From contig OZ244042.1 of assembly GCA_965215015.1 (NCBI GenBank), positions 1,248,001-1,312,000 on the forward strand: 64,000 nt of DNA. Direction: 5' to 3'. Source of the stretch: Candidatus Poribacteria bacterium. Its GTDB lineage: Bacteria; Poribacteria; WGA-4E; PCPOR2b. Positions 40,858 through 51,327 of this stretch are shown here, piece by piece. The notes beneath the pieces are model-generated. The model did no database searches, was not told the origin of the DNA, and saw nothing but the letters and a program-made list of their open reading frames with translations. The position numbers and the translations under genes are program-made. Numbering within the stretch: position 1 is the stretch's first letter; each line of letters begins with the position of its first letter.

Positions 40858-41802
40858 ATGAAAATCATGATTAATACAGAAGTTAAGCCGGAACACCTGG
40901 AACGCATCCAATTGGTTTCCGACGATATTCAGATCGTCCAACCCCGAGATAATGAGGCACAGCTCAAAGAGGTCGTAGACACCGATGTCATCCTCGGTGG
41001 ATTTGGTCGCGCGCTCTTTGAAAATGCCCGACAACTCAAGTGGGTACAAGTACTTGGCGCAGGCGTTGATGGCGTACTTTTTCCTGAGTTCGTTGAAAGC
41101 GATGTCATCCTGACAAGTGCGAAAGGGTTTGTAGGCCCCCATCTCGCGGATCAAACATGGGCGTTAATCCTCGGCTTGCTCAGAGGCATTGGTCGTGCTG
41201 TCCGCGAACGGACTTGGGAAAACCGGATGTCCATCCGTGAAGAGACATGGGAACTCGAAGGAGGTACGCTCGGTATCGTCGGACTCGGCGGCACCGGGAT
41301 TGAGGTCGCCAAACGGGCGCAGGGCTTTGAGATGCGCGTGATTGCTGTTGATCCGGAAGACGTGGACGCGCCGCCGTTTGTTCACGAAGTTTGGAAGATG
41401 AACCGGTTCTATGACCTCCTTGCAGAATCGGATGTTGTGTCAATCTGTGCACCTTTGACGCCGGAGACACACGGTATGTTTAACGATAAAGCATTCCAGC
41501 GGATGAAACCGCACGCGCTACTCATTAACGTGACGCGCGGCAAGATTGTTGATGGACCAAGTCTCCTCCGTGCCTTGAACGAAAAACGGATAGGTGGAGC
41601 GGGACTCGATGTGACGCCAGAGGAACCTTTACCGCTGGATAGTCCACTTTGGGATATGCCTCGGGTTATCATTACGCCCCATGCGGCGGGTGGTTCACCG
41701 ATTCGGCTTGACCGGACGCTTGGATTGTTCTGTGACAACCTTGAAAGGCTTTTGGCTGGTAAACCCCTGTTAAGCGTTATAGATAAGCGGAAGGGTTATT
41801 AA
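40858..41802 (+). CDS. D-2-hydroxyacid dehydrogenase
   Basis: GAGVD, GIVGLGGTG, PLTPET, INVTRGKIVD, GLDVTPEEPLP, ITPHAAG. Confidence 0.93.
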   Translation: MKIMINTEVKPEHLERIQLVSDDIQIVQPRDNEAQLKEVVDTDVILGGFGRALFENARQLKWVQVLGAGVDGVLFPEFVESDVILTSAKGFVGPHLADQTWALILGLLRGIGRAVRERTWENRMSIREETWELEGGTLGIVGLGGTGIEVAKRAQGFEMRVIAVDPEDVDAPPFVHEVWKMNRFYDLLAESDVVSICAPLTPETHGMFNDKAFQRMKPHALLINVTRGKIVDGPSLLRALNEKRIGGAGLDVTPEEPLPLDSPLWDMPRVIITPHAAGGSPIRLDRTLGLFCDNLERLLAGKPLLSVIDKRKGY

Positions 41803-41887
41803 GTCGTTAGGGCTACTTCAATTTTGCCCCCTTGCATTTTTGACTAATACCCACCAGACCTCTAAAAAAAATAAGGCGTGAAAACTA

Positions 41888-44044
41888 TTGGGATTTCTTA
41901 ATCCGATTTTCCTGTTGGGCATACTTGCGGCCGCCGTGCCGCTGATCATTCACCTCTGGAGACGTCATCAAGCGAAAACGGTGGATTTTAGCAGCCTAAT
42001 GTTTCTCTTGGCCGCCCATCGGCAAAATGTTCGGCGCATCCAACTCAAGCACCTGCTAATCTTGCTTTTGCGGGCACTGATCATCATACTCATCGCGCTC
42101 GCACTTGCACGGCCCCTGCTTAAAAATCAATTTGCCTTCGCCGGTGCAAGAACAAAGACCAGCACTGTCATCATTCTGGACAATTCGTACAGTATGGGGT
42201 ATCAGGGGATTCAGGGCAGAAGATTTGATGTCGCAAAAGAGATGGCACTTGAAATTGCTCAATCGCTTCAACGCGGTGACGGTGCCTCTGTAATTTTGAT
42301 GTCTGATATCCCTGATTCGCTTTTCCCCAAATTGACGAAAGACCTGAATCAGGTGAAGGAGGCGATTCGTCATTCCCAGATTTCCTATCGCGCAACGCTC
42401 GTCCCATCTAGCCTCGAAATGGCGCACAACATCCTCGAAGCGTCCAACGATCCAAACAAAGAGATCTACCTAATCTCCGATTTTAATCGCAACGGCTGGG
42501 CGCGCTGGAATCATGTGCCCAACCGATCCGGGGCACGGATTTTTCTACTTCCCCTCAACGATGAGGTTACCGATAATATAAGCATTGAAGAAGTTCAAGC
42601 CTCTAGCCAACTAATTGGTTTGGGGCTGCCCATTGAATTGGGAGTGGCGATCGGTAATCATTCCGATGCACCCTTGGTTGACACAACGTTGACGCTGTTT
42701 ATCGACGAACAGAAACGACGATCCGTCAGTCCTCAAGCAGGAGCGGGTGAGTCGGTGACATGGACTTTTACACACCAATTTGAATCACCCGGCACCCACA
42801 CCGGCTATCTAGAATTAAATGCGGATCGACTACTCCTCGATAATCGTCGTTACTTCGCCCTCGATGCTTATGGCCAAATTCGCGTGCTTTGTGTAGGGGC
42901 GCAAACGATGTACTTGATGCTCGCATTAAACCCAGCAGCTCAGGGACAACCGAGCACGGGCTCTTCCTTTTTGCCGGCAACCGCTTCCCTAGAGGCATTG
43001 GAAGACCTAACGCTAACAGAGTATGACATCCTAATTTTAGGGGACGTGCCGGCATTCTCAACCCGCGTTCAACAGCAATTGCAAGCGTTCATGCAAGCAG
43101 GCAAAAGCGTCATCTACTTTGTGGGGGATGGCGTTGATACAGCAAGTTATAATGCCTTTGCTGATTGGTTGCCTGCAAATGTGGGACAATCGATAACATG
43201 GCAGCCCCCGGTAACCTTGTCAAGTTATCAGGAAGATTCGCCGATTTTTGAAATCTTTAAGGGGGAAGATTTTACAGGACAATACGCCCCACAATTTTAT
43301 CGTGGTTTGGAGGTGCAGCCCGCTGAAGATGCGAGGATTGTTGCACAATTGAGCGATGGTGTGCCTTTTCTTATCGAACGCCCTATTGACCGGGGGATAG
43401 CATTATTATTGAATGTATCCGCCGCTCAGTTGGATGCATCAAATCTACTGGTCAGTTCGCATTTCCTCCCTTTGTTGCAGCAGGCTGTTCTTTACACAAA
43501 GGCGGTTCAATCCGCACATCAAAGGAACCTAATTGTTGGTGAACCTTACGTAGCAAATTACCGTTGGAGGGGGGCAACAACTATGCAGATAACACGCTTG
43601 GGAGATACAACCCATTCATCAGAAACGCTCTCGCCTGCGGAGGATGGTTCGCTCACGTTTAGTGGGACAGAGGCCCCCGGCATCTATCGGGTTGAAGGAC
43701 AGGGTCGGGACACACTCCTGCGAGATTTTTTCGCTGTGAACGTTGATGCAACGGAATCAAATCTACAATCCATCCCCATTCAGGAAGCTGCAGAGCGAGT
43801 CGGGGCACAGACAGAGGTTATTTCAGAACCAGAGTTTTTAGAACAGACACTCAACACCTACCGGGTTGGGGTCGAAATCTGGAGCGAGTTGTTACTCATC
43901 GCCCTTATCTTAATGTTGATTGAGGGGGTTCTATCCAATCGAGAAAGTGTGATTTCCGATGATTCTGCGCCAAGTCCCGACTCGCCGAGGATTCTTGATT
44001 CCGTAAGCATTGGAACGACGCAACAGAATCGGAACCAGACATGA
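41888..44044 (+). CDS. BatA/vWA domain membrane protein
   Basis: FLNPIFLLG..AVPLIIHL BatA N-terminus, LALARP, MIDAS DNSYSM, YLISD, FAVNVDATES, C-terminal TM. Confidence 0.88.
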   Translation: MGFLNPIFLLGILAAAVPLIIHLWRRHQAKTVDFSSLMFLLAAHRQNVRRIQLKHLLILLLRALIIILIALALARPLLKNQFAFAGARTKTSTVIILDNSYSMGYQGIQGRRFDVAKEMALEIAQSLQRGDGASVILMSDIPDSLFPKLTKDLNQVKEAIRHSQISYRATLVPSSLEMAHNILEASNDPNKEIYLISDFNRNGWARWNHVPNRSGARIFLLPLNDEVTDNISIEEVQASSQLIGLGLPIELGVAIGNHSDAPLVDTTLTLFIDEQKRRSVSPQAGAGESVTWTFTHQFESPGTHTGYLELNADRLLLDNRRYFALDAYGQIRVLCVGAQTMYLMLALNPAAQGQPSTGSSFLPATASLEALEDLTLTEYDILILGDVPAFSTRVQQQLQAFMQAGKSVIYFVGDGVDTASYNAFADWLPANVGQSITWQPPVTLSSYQEDSPIFEIFKGEDFTGQYAPQFYRGLEVQPAEDARIVAQLSDGVPFLIERPIDRGIALLLNVSAAQLDASNLLVSSHFLPLLQQAVLYTKAVQSAHQRNLIVGEPYVANYRWRGATTMQITRLGDTTHSSETLSPAEDGSLTFSGTEAPGIYRVEGQGRDTLLRDFFAVNVDATESNLQSIPIQEAAERVGAQTEVISEPEFLEQTLNTYRVGVEIWSELLLIALILMLIEGVLSNRESVISDDSAPSPDSPRILDSVSIGTTQQNRNQT

Positions 44045-44266
44045 TTGACATATTCCTCAAGCTGAAGCAAGGAGATTCCTATTAGGAATCCCGGCTTGGT
44101 AATTGTGTAGTCAACGTCACAGCGAGGGTTGTTACACTGCCCATCTTACCATGCCTCTTGCAGTAGACAATGCCCTGCCTACCTGATTCATCTTAATACG
44201 CTTCTCACTGAATCAGCACAGGTATTATACACGAAAATGTATTGGAAATCAAGGCTTTAGCCTTGA
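44045..44266 (-). mobile_element. Non-autonomous IS200/IS605-family miniature element (PATE-like) with omegaRNA/right-end-like sequence
   Basis: Minus strand: hairpin TCAAGGCTAAAGCCTTGA, promoter TTGATT-17-TATAAT, then ...GGAATCTCCTTGCTTCAGCTTGAGGAATATGTCAA, resembling tnpB right ends. Confidence 0.55.
44224..44252 (-). promoter_or_regulatory. sigma70-type promoter inside the miniature element
   Basis: TTGATT (44252-44247), 17-nt spacer, TATAAT (44229-44224). Confidence 0.65.
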
Positions 44267-44466
44267 CAAAACTACGCTAAAGCTGATTGTTAGGCTGTGC
44301 CTAATAATCCCAGCTGTATCCCCTACCACTCTCTGATAAGAGGGGAAAGACAAGGGGAGATCCCCTTTTATCTTTTCCCCCCGATGAGATCGGGATTCAA
44401 AGCAACTTGTCAGGGGAGTTAAGGCTGGGGGGCTTAGCCTTTTGATAATATCTCCCAATCTACCGA

Positions 44467-46232
44467 TGAAATGTCTTTGCCCCCTCGTCCTTATTTTCTT
44501 AATTCTTCTTCCCCAGGCATTACCTGCCGATTCGCTTCCAATTCGCAATATTATTGTAACTGGAAATGAAGCGTTCTCTAGCGAGGAGATTCTCGGCTTG
44601 ATGCAGTCACAGGTCGGCGGTGATTACAATCCAGACCTGCTTCGCCGGGACTTTGAGCAGATCGCCAGTTTCTACCAAGAGCATGGGTTTCAATTTGCTC
44701 GAGTTGATGAGGAGCAGCTTGTACTCCTAAAATTTTCTGATGGTGTTTATCTCAGAATCTACATTGATGAGGGGATAATTGGAAAAATCACAGTGCGAGG
44801 AAATCAGCGTACCAAAGATCATGTAATCACGCAAGAGCTGCTTTTTGAACAGGGCGATGTTTACATACAGGACGATGAACTGGAAAGTGAACGTATCCTG
44901 CGCCGAAAGCCGTATTTGGGCAGCGCAGAGATTCTGGCAACGCGGGACACGAAAACCAATCTTATTTTTATAGAGGTTGAGGTCACAGATTTATGGAGTT
45001 TTTTCCCTGCATTGGATATCCCTGTTTTTAGTAAAGATAAGACCGGTTTTTTAGTTGCGCTGTCCGATTCAAATGTATTTGGCTCTGGAGACAGGGGGCG
45101 CCTCCGCTACCAACAGACTCGCGAAGAAGGAGAAGAGCCACGGCACCTTATCAGTGGACTCTATAGAGTATTTCGCTTGTTTGATTCGCATTGGGAATTT
45201 GATGGCGTGTACACTCAAAAGCGGGAAGGCATCTCATGGGATGCGAGTCTAAAACGCCCCTTGTACTCGCTCCAGACCCGCTGGAGTGCAGAGTTTACCG
45301 CCTCTGAATCTGTGGATGAACGTCGTTGGTATGAACAGGGTGTGAAAACAGCTGTCTTTGAGCGAAGCAGCCAATCGGAGTCCGGGCGGATTATCCGTTC
45401 CTTTGGCAACCGTCATCGGCAGACACAGATGGCACTCTGGATGATCTCTGAACGCGCTTCTTTCAAGGAAATTGAGAAGTTACCCTCTTCCGCTGCGAAC
45501 TTTCAGGACAGAAACACAAAGATGATTGGGATTTCGCTCGGTCACAGAAAAGTCAACTTTATCCGCACCCGCTTTCTCAATAAAATGGGACGGGTTGAAG
45601 ATATTGGCGTCGGATATGGATACGGCGTATCAATTGGTCGCGCGTCCCCATTTTACGGCTCAGATCGCAGAGAAACAAGGGTGAGCTTGTTTCTCAACGC
45701 CTCCCAAGCGTATCGAGATCTGCTTTTTGTCAACGGTCGTGCCGGGGTTACAACCCGTTTTGTTGCACATGAAGAGGAAGATTCGGTGTTTGAGGCGAGC
45801 ATCAAAGCAGTACGCAAGAATCTCTTTCTGCGGCAAACCCTTGCCGCACGGCTTTCTACGGAGATTCAGTTTGGACTGGAGGGAGAACAGCAAGTCCTCC
45901 TCGGTGGGAACAGTGGACTGCGTGGATATGACCCCCGGCAATTCAGTGGCACCAAAAACATCCGCCTCAACCTCGAAAGCCGAACGATTTTCTGGGAACA
46001 CTCGCTGATTGTGGTTGGATCCGCAATCTTTGCTGATATCGGTTATATCTGGGAGGGGAATGCCTTCGATATAAGAACACCCATACGGAGTGTTGGATTT
46101 GGGTTGCGGTTGGGTTTCCCCAAACTGAGTGGATCTCGAGTCTACCGTGCTGATTTAGCTTACCCGTTAGATGGATTTGAAAAACCCTCGCTCAGCCCCG
46201 TTTTCACCTATGCAATCGGGCACGCCTTTTAA
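44467..46232 (+). CDS. Omp85/BamA-TamA family outer-membrane protein with two POTRA domains
   Basis: Signal peptide, IRNIIVTGN and ITVRGNQRTKDHVI POTRA repeats, LGGNSGLRGY, FADIG, SVGFGLR, terminal Phe. Confidence 0.85.
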
Positions 46233-46249
46233 GTGATTCGCAGACAGGG

Positions 46250-46632
46250 ACATAGTGCTGCCTTTGCTGATGGAGAATCCGATATAAAAATCTGCCGATT
46301 CGCAGTATATTGGTGCAAAGAGTCTGCCAGATCGCAAAATATCCACGTTTAGTTATTTCTTTTATTTGTGCACCAACGCGCTTATCCAGTAGGCGCAAGA
46401 CTTCCTTTATATCTTGTACCGTAAGTTGTTCGGTGGTTGAAACAAAAGGAAGGAACAAAGGGGAATAGAGAATATCGTGTAGAATAGAAATAACCCGAAT
46501 TGCCCTCTTAAGAGGAAAGGGTCAGAAACCAATTTTTAGGACCAAGCGACATGATTGGGTTGGAAATCCGCCCGATTTCCCCTCAGTGTTCAGGGCAAAC
46601 ATCAAAGCGGTACACAAGAATCTCTTTCTCCG
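46250..46632 (+). pseudogene. Fragments of a degraded paralog of the Omp85-like gene
   Basis: ~46250-46320 encodes ...KNLPIRSILVQ (cf. LPIRNIIV); 46583-46632 matches 45783-45832 (SVFRANIKAVHKNLFLR versus SVFEASIKAVRKNLFLR). Confidence 0.55.
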
Positions 46633-46679
46633 TTTGGACTATCCACAGATGTTCTTCCTTGTGTTTGGCAATGACCCCG

Positions 46680-47684
46680 CTACTGCTCTGAGCGTCCCAA
46701 TACGGGATACATGGGATCGTTATAACCTTTTCCAGTATGCTCGCCGGGCGGTACGAGCTGATCTACCGCCGCTTCGTCCTCCGAGCTAATGGCGCAGTCG
46801 AGACAACCGAGGTTGTCTTCAAGTTGCTCTAAATTTTTAGGACCAATAATTACTGAAGTGATACGTGGATTAGCGAGGGTCCAGGCTAAGGCGAATTGTG
46901 CCAGCGTTTTACCGTGTGCCGCTGCCAACGGTTGAAGTTTTTGTGCGACTTCGTAGCTTTCTTTACGCAGTTCAGTTTGCAGAATCCGACGGTCTTGGCG
47001 TGCCGCCCGTGAACCGGGGGGTGGCGGTTGTCCGGGAAGATATTTTCCCGTTAGCACGCCACGCGCCAAGGGGCTATAGGACACAATTCCCACATTATAA
47101 GCTTTGCAAAACGGCAGCAATTCAACTTCAATATCCCGATTAACGATGTTGTAGAGCGGTTGTAGACAGACAAATTTTTCCAAATTCATGCGATCGCTCG
47201 TCCACCACGCTTCGCAGAGCCGCCAAGCATCGAAGTTGGAACAACCGATGTAACGGACTTTGCCTTGCCTGACACAATCATCCAACGCGCGAAGCGACTC
47301 TTCAATCGGTGTCAGCGCGTTCCAGCGATGCAGGTAGTACAGATCGATACGATCTGTATCAAGTCGTCTGAGACTGTTCTCCACCTCCATCATGATATGG
47401 TGGCGGCTCGTACCGGATCGGTTAAGTCCTTCCCCCATTGCTCCACTCACCTTTGTTGCGATAAGCACATCATCACGAAAGGTTTGGACCGCTTTGCCAA
47501 CAATGCGTTCCGATTCTCCTGCATTGTAGACATTCGCCGTATCGATAAAATTTATACCGGCATCTATTGCGCGTTCGATAATCTTGATTGAATCACTCTC
47601 ATTCGTTGGGCTGCCAAACATCATTGCTCCAAGACAAATTCGTGAGACTTGGACACCAGAATTGCCAAGAACACTGTATTCCAT
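46680..47684 (-). CDS. Aldo/keto reductase
   Basis: LGNSGVQVSRICLG, FIDTANVY, IATKV, SLRRLDTDRIDLYYLH, YSPLARGVLTGKY. Confidence 0.95.
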   Translation of the reverse strand: MEYSVLGNSGVQVSRICLGAMMFGSPTNESDSIKIIERAIDAGINFIDTANVYNAGESERIVGKAVQTFRDDVLIATKVSGAMGEGLNRSGTSRHHIMMEVENSLRRLDTDRIDLYYLHRWNALTPIEESLRALDDCVRQGKVRYIGCSNFDAWRLCEAWWTSDRMNLEKFVCLQPLYNIVNRDIEVELLPFCKAYNVGIVSYSPLARGVLTGKYLPGQPPPPGSRAARQDRRILQTELRKESYEVAQKLQPLAAAHGKTLAQFALAWTLANPRITSVIIGPKNLEQLEDNLGCLDCAISSEDEAAVDQLVPPGEHTGKGYNDPMYPVLGRSEQ

Positions 47685-47708
47685 TGATTGATACTCCTCA
47701 TCTATAAA

Positions 47709-48086
47709 TTATCAAAAATCCTTTAGGGGTGTTACCCTAACATAAATGTTTGGGAGAACACTAATGTTAGTAGTAGCGCAATTCATTGCGCGTCTTATCC
47801 CTCGAACATAAATGTTTGGGGGAACACCCCTGCTTTCACATCGGTGTTTCTTACTTTCAAAAACGTTTGGGTGTATAAGTAACCTATAGCTATATCTCCT
47901 GCCAAGAATGGTCCTCAGGGGTAAAAACCTTGGCGATTTTCCCATACTGCGACGGCAGTGTGTTGCAGGAAATATAGCTGTCCGAAGGGGTTGCGATAAA
48001 TCGGGCCCCGTGGGCAGGGCGTTGCCCATTGCAGTAGCGGTTGGCAGACTGGCCTCGGCTCGCTATCCGTGTTGATAGCACAATTC
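47709..48086 (-). mobile_element. Composite repeat element, copy A, with inner AGGGGTGTT...AACACCCCT cassette (47725-47831)
   Basis: Reverse complement aligns with 51820-52098; inner cassette holds palindromes and a GTAG REP. Confidence 0.75.
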
Positions 48087-48243
48087 CACACCTAAAGGAA
48101 CAGGTATGAATCCCAATTCTTTAAATGGATGTCGGAGGAGGTCAAAAGTACAGGTTAGGAGACTCGAAACCGATACCCTGTGCATTTTAGCACATAGGCG
48201 GATTGAGCGCAAACGAAAAGGGACAGTGCAACGGCAATCCCTC

Positions 48244-49131
48244 TCAATTCTTGGATGTGGCACACCGGAAGCCGATATGGTAATATGCGCCTGATAGGGC
48301 GTAAGCGCGCGCGGCGCAGCGCAGATCGAATATCGGATCAAACCAACTCCCGCCACGAACAGCAAACGGCCCCTTTGCAGGAAGCGTGCGTTGGTTCACA
48401 TCATGTTCCGATTCCGTTGCGTCGTTCCGACGCTTGCGGAATCGAGAATCCTCGTCCCGTCGAGATCTGCGGTAATGCGGTAGGTATCTATCTGTGCACC
48501 ATTCCGCCACGTTGCCTCCCATGTTGTAGAGCATGTAGCCGTTTGGTGGAAAATGGTCAATAGGTTTCAGGTATCGCTGCATGTTTTTCAACCCACCGGT
48601 ACGTATATCCCTCGAATCGTAGTTCGCCGCGTTTGGGTCAACCTGATTGCCCCACGGATAGAGCTGCCCGAGCTGCCCGCCTCGTGCTGCTTTCTCCCAT
48701 TCCGCTTCCGCCGGCAAACGTTTCCCGCGCCATTCGCAATACGCTTGTGCTGCCTCATGGGTGACATACGCCACGGGATACCGATCCATGCCAACAGGAA
48801 ATTCGTTTCCAATCCAATGCCTGAGATAATGCCGTGCCTTGATGGTTGACTTTTGCCAGCGGGGATTTGCCAAGACAAACGCTCGATATTCCGCGTTGGT
48901 TGTTTCATACTTGTCGATATAGAATGCTTCCAACAAAACTTGATGCACAGGTGTTTCATTAGGTCTGCCGTTATCGCTTCCCATCTGAAACGATCCGGCG
49001 AGGATAAGCACCATCTCCGACGATGTGATTGCTTGAGGGTATCCAGTCGCCCCAACGAATAGTAGAGCGTGAAGCGTGAAACGTGAAATGTGAGGCATCA
49101 AGCTACATAGATGGTAACGCATAACTACCAT
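48244..49131 (-). CDS. Formylglycine-generating-enzyme (SUMF1/EgtB/PvdO)-like domain protein
   Basis: FQMGS, FYIDKYETTN, KRLPAEAEWEKAARGG, YPWG, MGGNVAEW, RGGSW, GFRC. Confidence 0.88.
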   Translation of the reverse strand: MVVMRYHLCSLMPHISRFTLHALLFVGATGYPQAITSSEMVLILAGSFQMGSDNGRPNETPVHQVLLEAFYIDKYETTNAEYRAFVLANPRWQKSTIKARHYLRHWIGNEFPVGMDRYPVAYVTHEAAQAYCEWRGKRLPAEAEWEKAARGGQLGQLYPWGNQVDPNAANYDSRDIRTGGLKNMQRYLKPIDHFPPNGYMLYNMGGNVAEWCTDRYLPHYRRSRRDEDSRFRKRRNDATESEHDVNQRTLPAKGPFAVRGGSWFDPIFDLRCAARAYALSGAYYHIGFRCATSKN

Positions 49132-49152
49132 TCCTTATGATTTCTTCTATGT

Positions 49153-49542
49153 CTATTCCGCTACAACTACTTCTGCTTCGATTTCAACCAACATCTCTGA
49201 TTCAATCAAGCGGCTGACCTGGACCATACTGGTAGCAGGACAGATTTCGCCGAAGAACTCACCGTGTTCTACCTCAACCTTCTCCCAATCGTTAATGTTC
49301 TTCACATAGATGCGTGTGCGAACGACATCTTTCAGACTGCTACCCGCGGATCTGAGCGCAGTTTCTATATTGTTTGTGATCTGCACCGTCTGTCTATAGG
49401 CATCCCCCACACCGACAATTTCGCCATCTTTATCCGTTGCTGTCGCTCCCGAAACGTGGATATATTGTCCTAGCCGAACAGCCCACGAGTCGCCGACAAT
49501 TGATTCTCATTTTGCTCCTGTTGGGATATTTTGTCTTGCCAT
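49153..49542 (-). pseudogene. RidA/YjgF-family gene with premature TGA at codon 12
   Basis: [35 protein letters not shown]...DVVRTRIYV...MLVEIEAE; the stop falls where such proteins usually have Trp. Confidence 0.75.
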
Positions 49543-49832
49543 TGCTATTTGAGTTTTTGAGAAGGATGCGTACCCTACAAAGTGCCCAAACAGAGCACTT
49601 TTGCTTGTAAATCGTGCCTTTGATTCAGTCTAACATACCGCCTGATTTTTATCAAGAATTGTACGATTCATTAGTGCCCTTCTGTTCACTGGGACGTTTC
49701 CATGATTCGCTACTTTGGAATTGACCCAACTCGAAAAATCTGATAAGCTGTCCCTAACAGGTTTTGCTGGAATGTCAAATCCATGATATAAAATCTCACT
49801 AGAATCTCCAGCGTACAGAAAAGAGGAAAGCA

Positions 49833-51044
49833 ATGGACAAAACACATAAGGTTACGATGTTAGGGACGGGGCTCATCGGTATGTTCTACACAATGACACT
49901 CCACGGGCAACGGAGTCGCGACCACGTTCATGTGGTATACTCACGCACTGAAGAGCGGGCGAAAGATTTTGCAACCGAATGGGACATCCCCAGATGGACG
50001 ACCGACCTCGCTGAAGCGATTAACGATTCGGAAACCGATGTAGTTATCATCGGTCTTCCCAACAACCTGCATGAAGAAGCTGTTGTGATGGCTGCCGAGG
50101 CGGGCAAAGCCATCCTGTGTACGAAACCGTTAGGACGCAACGCAGCTGAAGCCAAAAGGATGCTCGATGTGGTTGAAAATGCGGGGGTCTTTCACGGTTA
50201 TCTTGAGGATTTGGTCTATCCACCGAAGACGCTCAAATCGATTGAATCTGTCAAGAACGGCGCGATTGGGAAGGTTTTGTGGGTTCGTTCCCGCGAAACC
50301 CATCCGGGCCCTCACAGCGACTGGTTCTGGGATATTGAGCAGGCAGGCGGCGGGGCCATCGTTGACATGGGATGCCACTGTATTGAGATTATCCGTAACT
50401 TTGTTGGCAAAGAGGTCAAACCCCTTGAGGTCATGTGTTGGGCGGATACCCTCGTTCATCCTGTTGAAGCGGAAGACCACGGGATTGCCCTGATCAAATT
50501 TGAAAACGGGGCAATGGGGCAGTTTGAGGTGGGATGGGCATTTCGGGGCGGTATGGATATACGCGATGAAATCTCAGGCACCGAAGGCACCATCTGGCTC
50601 AACCACTGGTTGAGAACGGGTATGGAGATGTTTACATCGGGCGGACAGGGCGGCTACGTTGCTGAAAAAGCCGAAACTGATACAGGATGGCTTTTTCCTG
50701 TTGGCGACGAAGTCGGGGAACTTGGATATCGTGATATGTTCGTTGAAATACTCAACGCTTTAGATAACGGTACGGAGCCAATGGAAACTTTTTATGATGG
50801 ATACGTCGTCAACGCTATTATTGATGCCTGTTATCGGTCTGCCAAATCAAAACAGTGGGAGCCGGTGGAATTGGAAGTATGGCGTGGAGCAACTAGGGTC
50901 GAGCAAATCGGTGTTGCAGCTGTTGAAGTTGACGGGCAATATACACTGATTAAGGAAGAGCGAATGCCTGACGGCCGTTTGAAACAAATCCTCAGAGATC
51001 AAGAGAGCGGTGCAATCACTGAGAGGATTACGGCGGGCACATAG
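49833..51044 (+). CDS. Gfo/Idh/MocA family oxidoreductase
   Basis: [25 protein letters not shown]. Confidence 0.9.
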   Translation: MDKTHKVTMLGTGLIGMFYTMTLHGQRSRDHVHVVYSRTEERAKDFATEWDIPRWTTDLAEAINDSETDVVIIGLPNNLHEEAVVMAAEAGKAILCTKPLGRNAAEAKRMLDVVENAGVFHGYLEDLVYPPKTLKSIESVKNGAIGKVLWVRSRETHPGPHSDWFWDIEQAGGGAIVDMGCHCIEIIRNFVGKEVKPLEVMCWADTLVHPVEAEDHGIALIKFENGAMGQFEVGWAFRGGMDIRDEISGTEGTIWLNHWLRTGMEMFTSGGQGGYVAEKAETDTGWLFPVGDEVGELGYRDMFVEILNALDNGTEPMETFYDGYVVNAIIDACYRSAKSKQWEPVELEVWRGATRVEQIGVAAVEVDGQYTLIKEERMPDGRLKQILRDQESGAITERITAGT

Positions 51045-51097
51045 AAGCGTAAGTCTCCATTAGCTTATGTGTGTTTTTTTTATTTGTTAAAATATGC

Positions 51098-51126
51098 TTG
51101 ACTTTCGTTACTTTATGGGGTATACT
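51098..51126 (+). promoter_or_regulatory. sigma70-type promoter
   Basis: TTGACT (51098-51103), 17-nt spacer, TATACT (51121-51126), AT-rich tract upstream. Confidence 0.75.
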
Positions 51127-51132
51127 AGAACC

Positions 51133-51268
51133 TGTTGGTGAGCAATTATTGGATTGCTTACGGTTTTTCGTCTTGCTCTCAATATCTTTGAAATAGACGT
51201 CAACCGGCGTTTTCTTTTTTAACGTCAGTATTGCCAGACCGCTTCCCTCACGGTCTGGCATTTTTTTT
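51133..51268 (+). ncRNA. Candidate independently transcribed small RNA (~135 nt)
   Basis: Bounded by the promoter and a strong intrinsic terminator; internal hairpins GTGAGCAAT/ATTGCTTAC and CGTCT/AGACG; no credible ORF. Confidence 0.6.
51232..51268 (+). terminator. Rho-independent terminator
   Basis: TGCCAGACCG / CGGTCTGGCA 10-bp stem followed by T8. Confidence 0.9.
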
Positions 51269-51327
51269 CCTCATATCAAAAGTAAGTGGGCTTAGAGAAT
51301 GTTCGGGATTGTTCTGCTCCCTGATGT

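Noticed and set aside
49507-49509. Selenocysteine or alternative genetic code at the in-frame TGA
   Set aside because: The position corresponds to Trp rather than Cys, no SECIS was recognised, and TGA is a stop in other genes here
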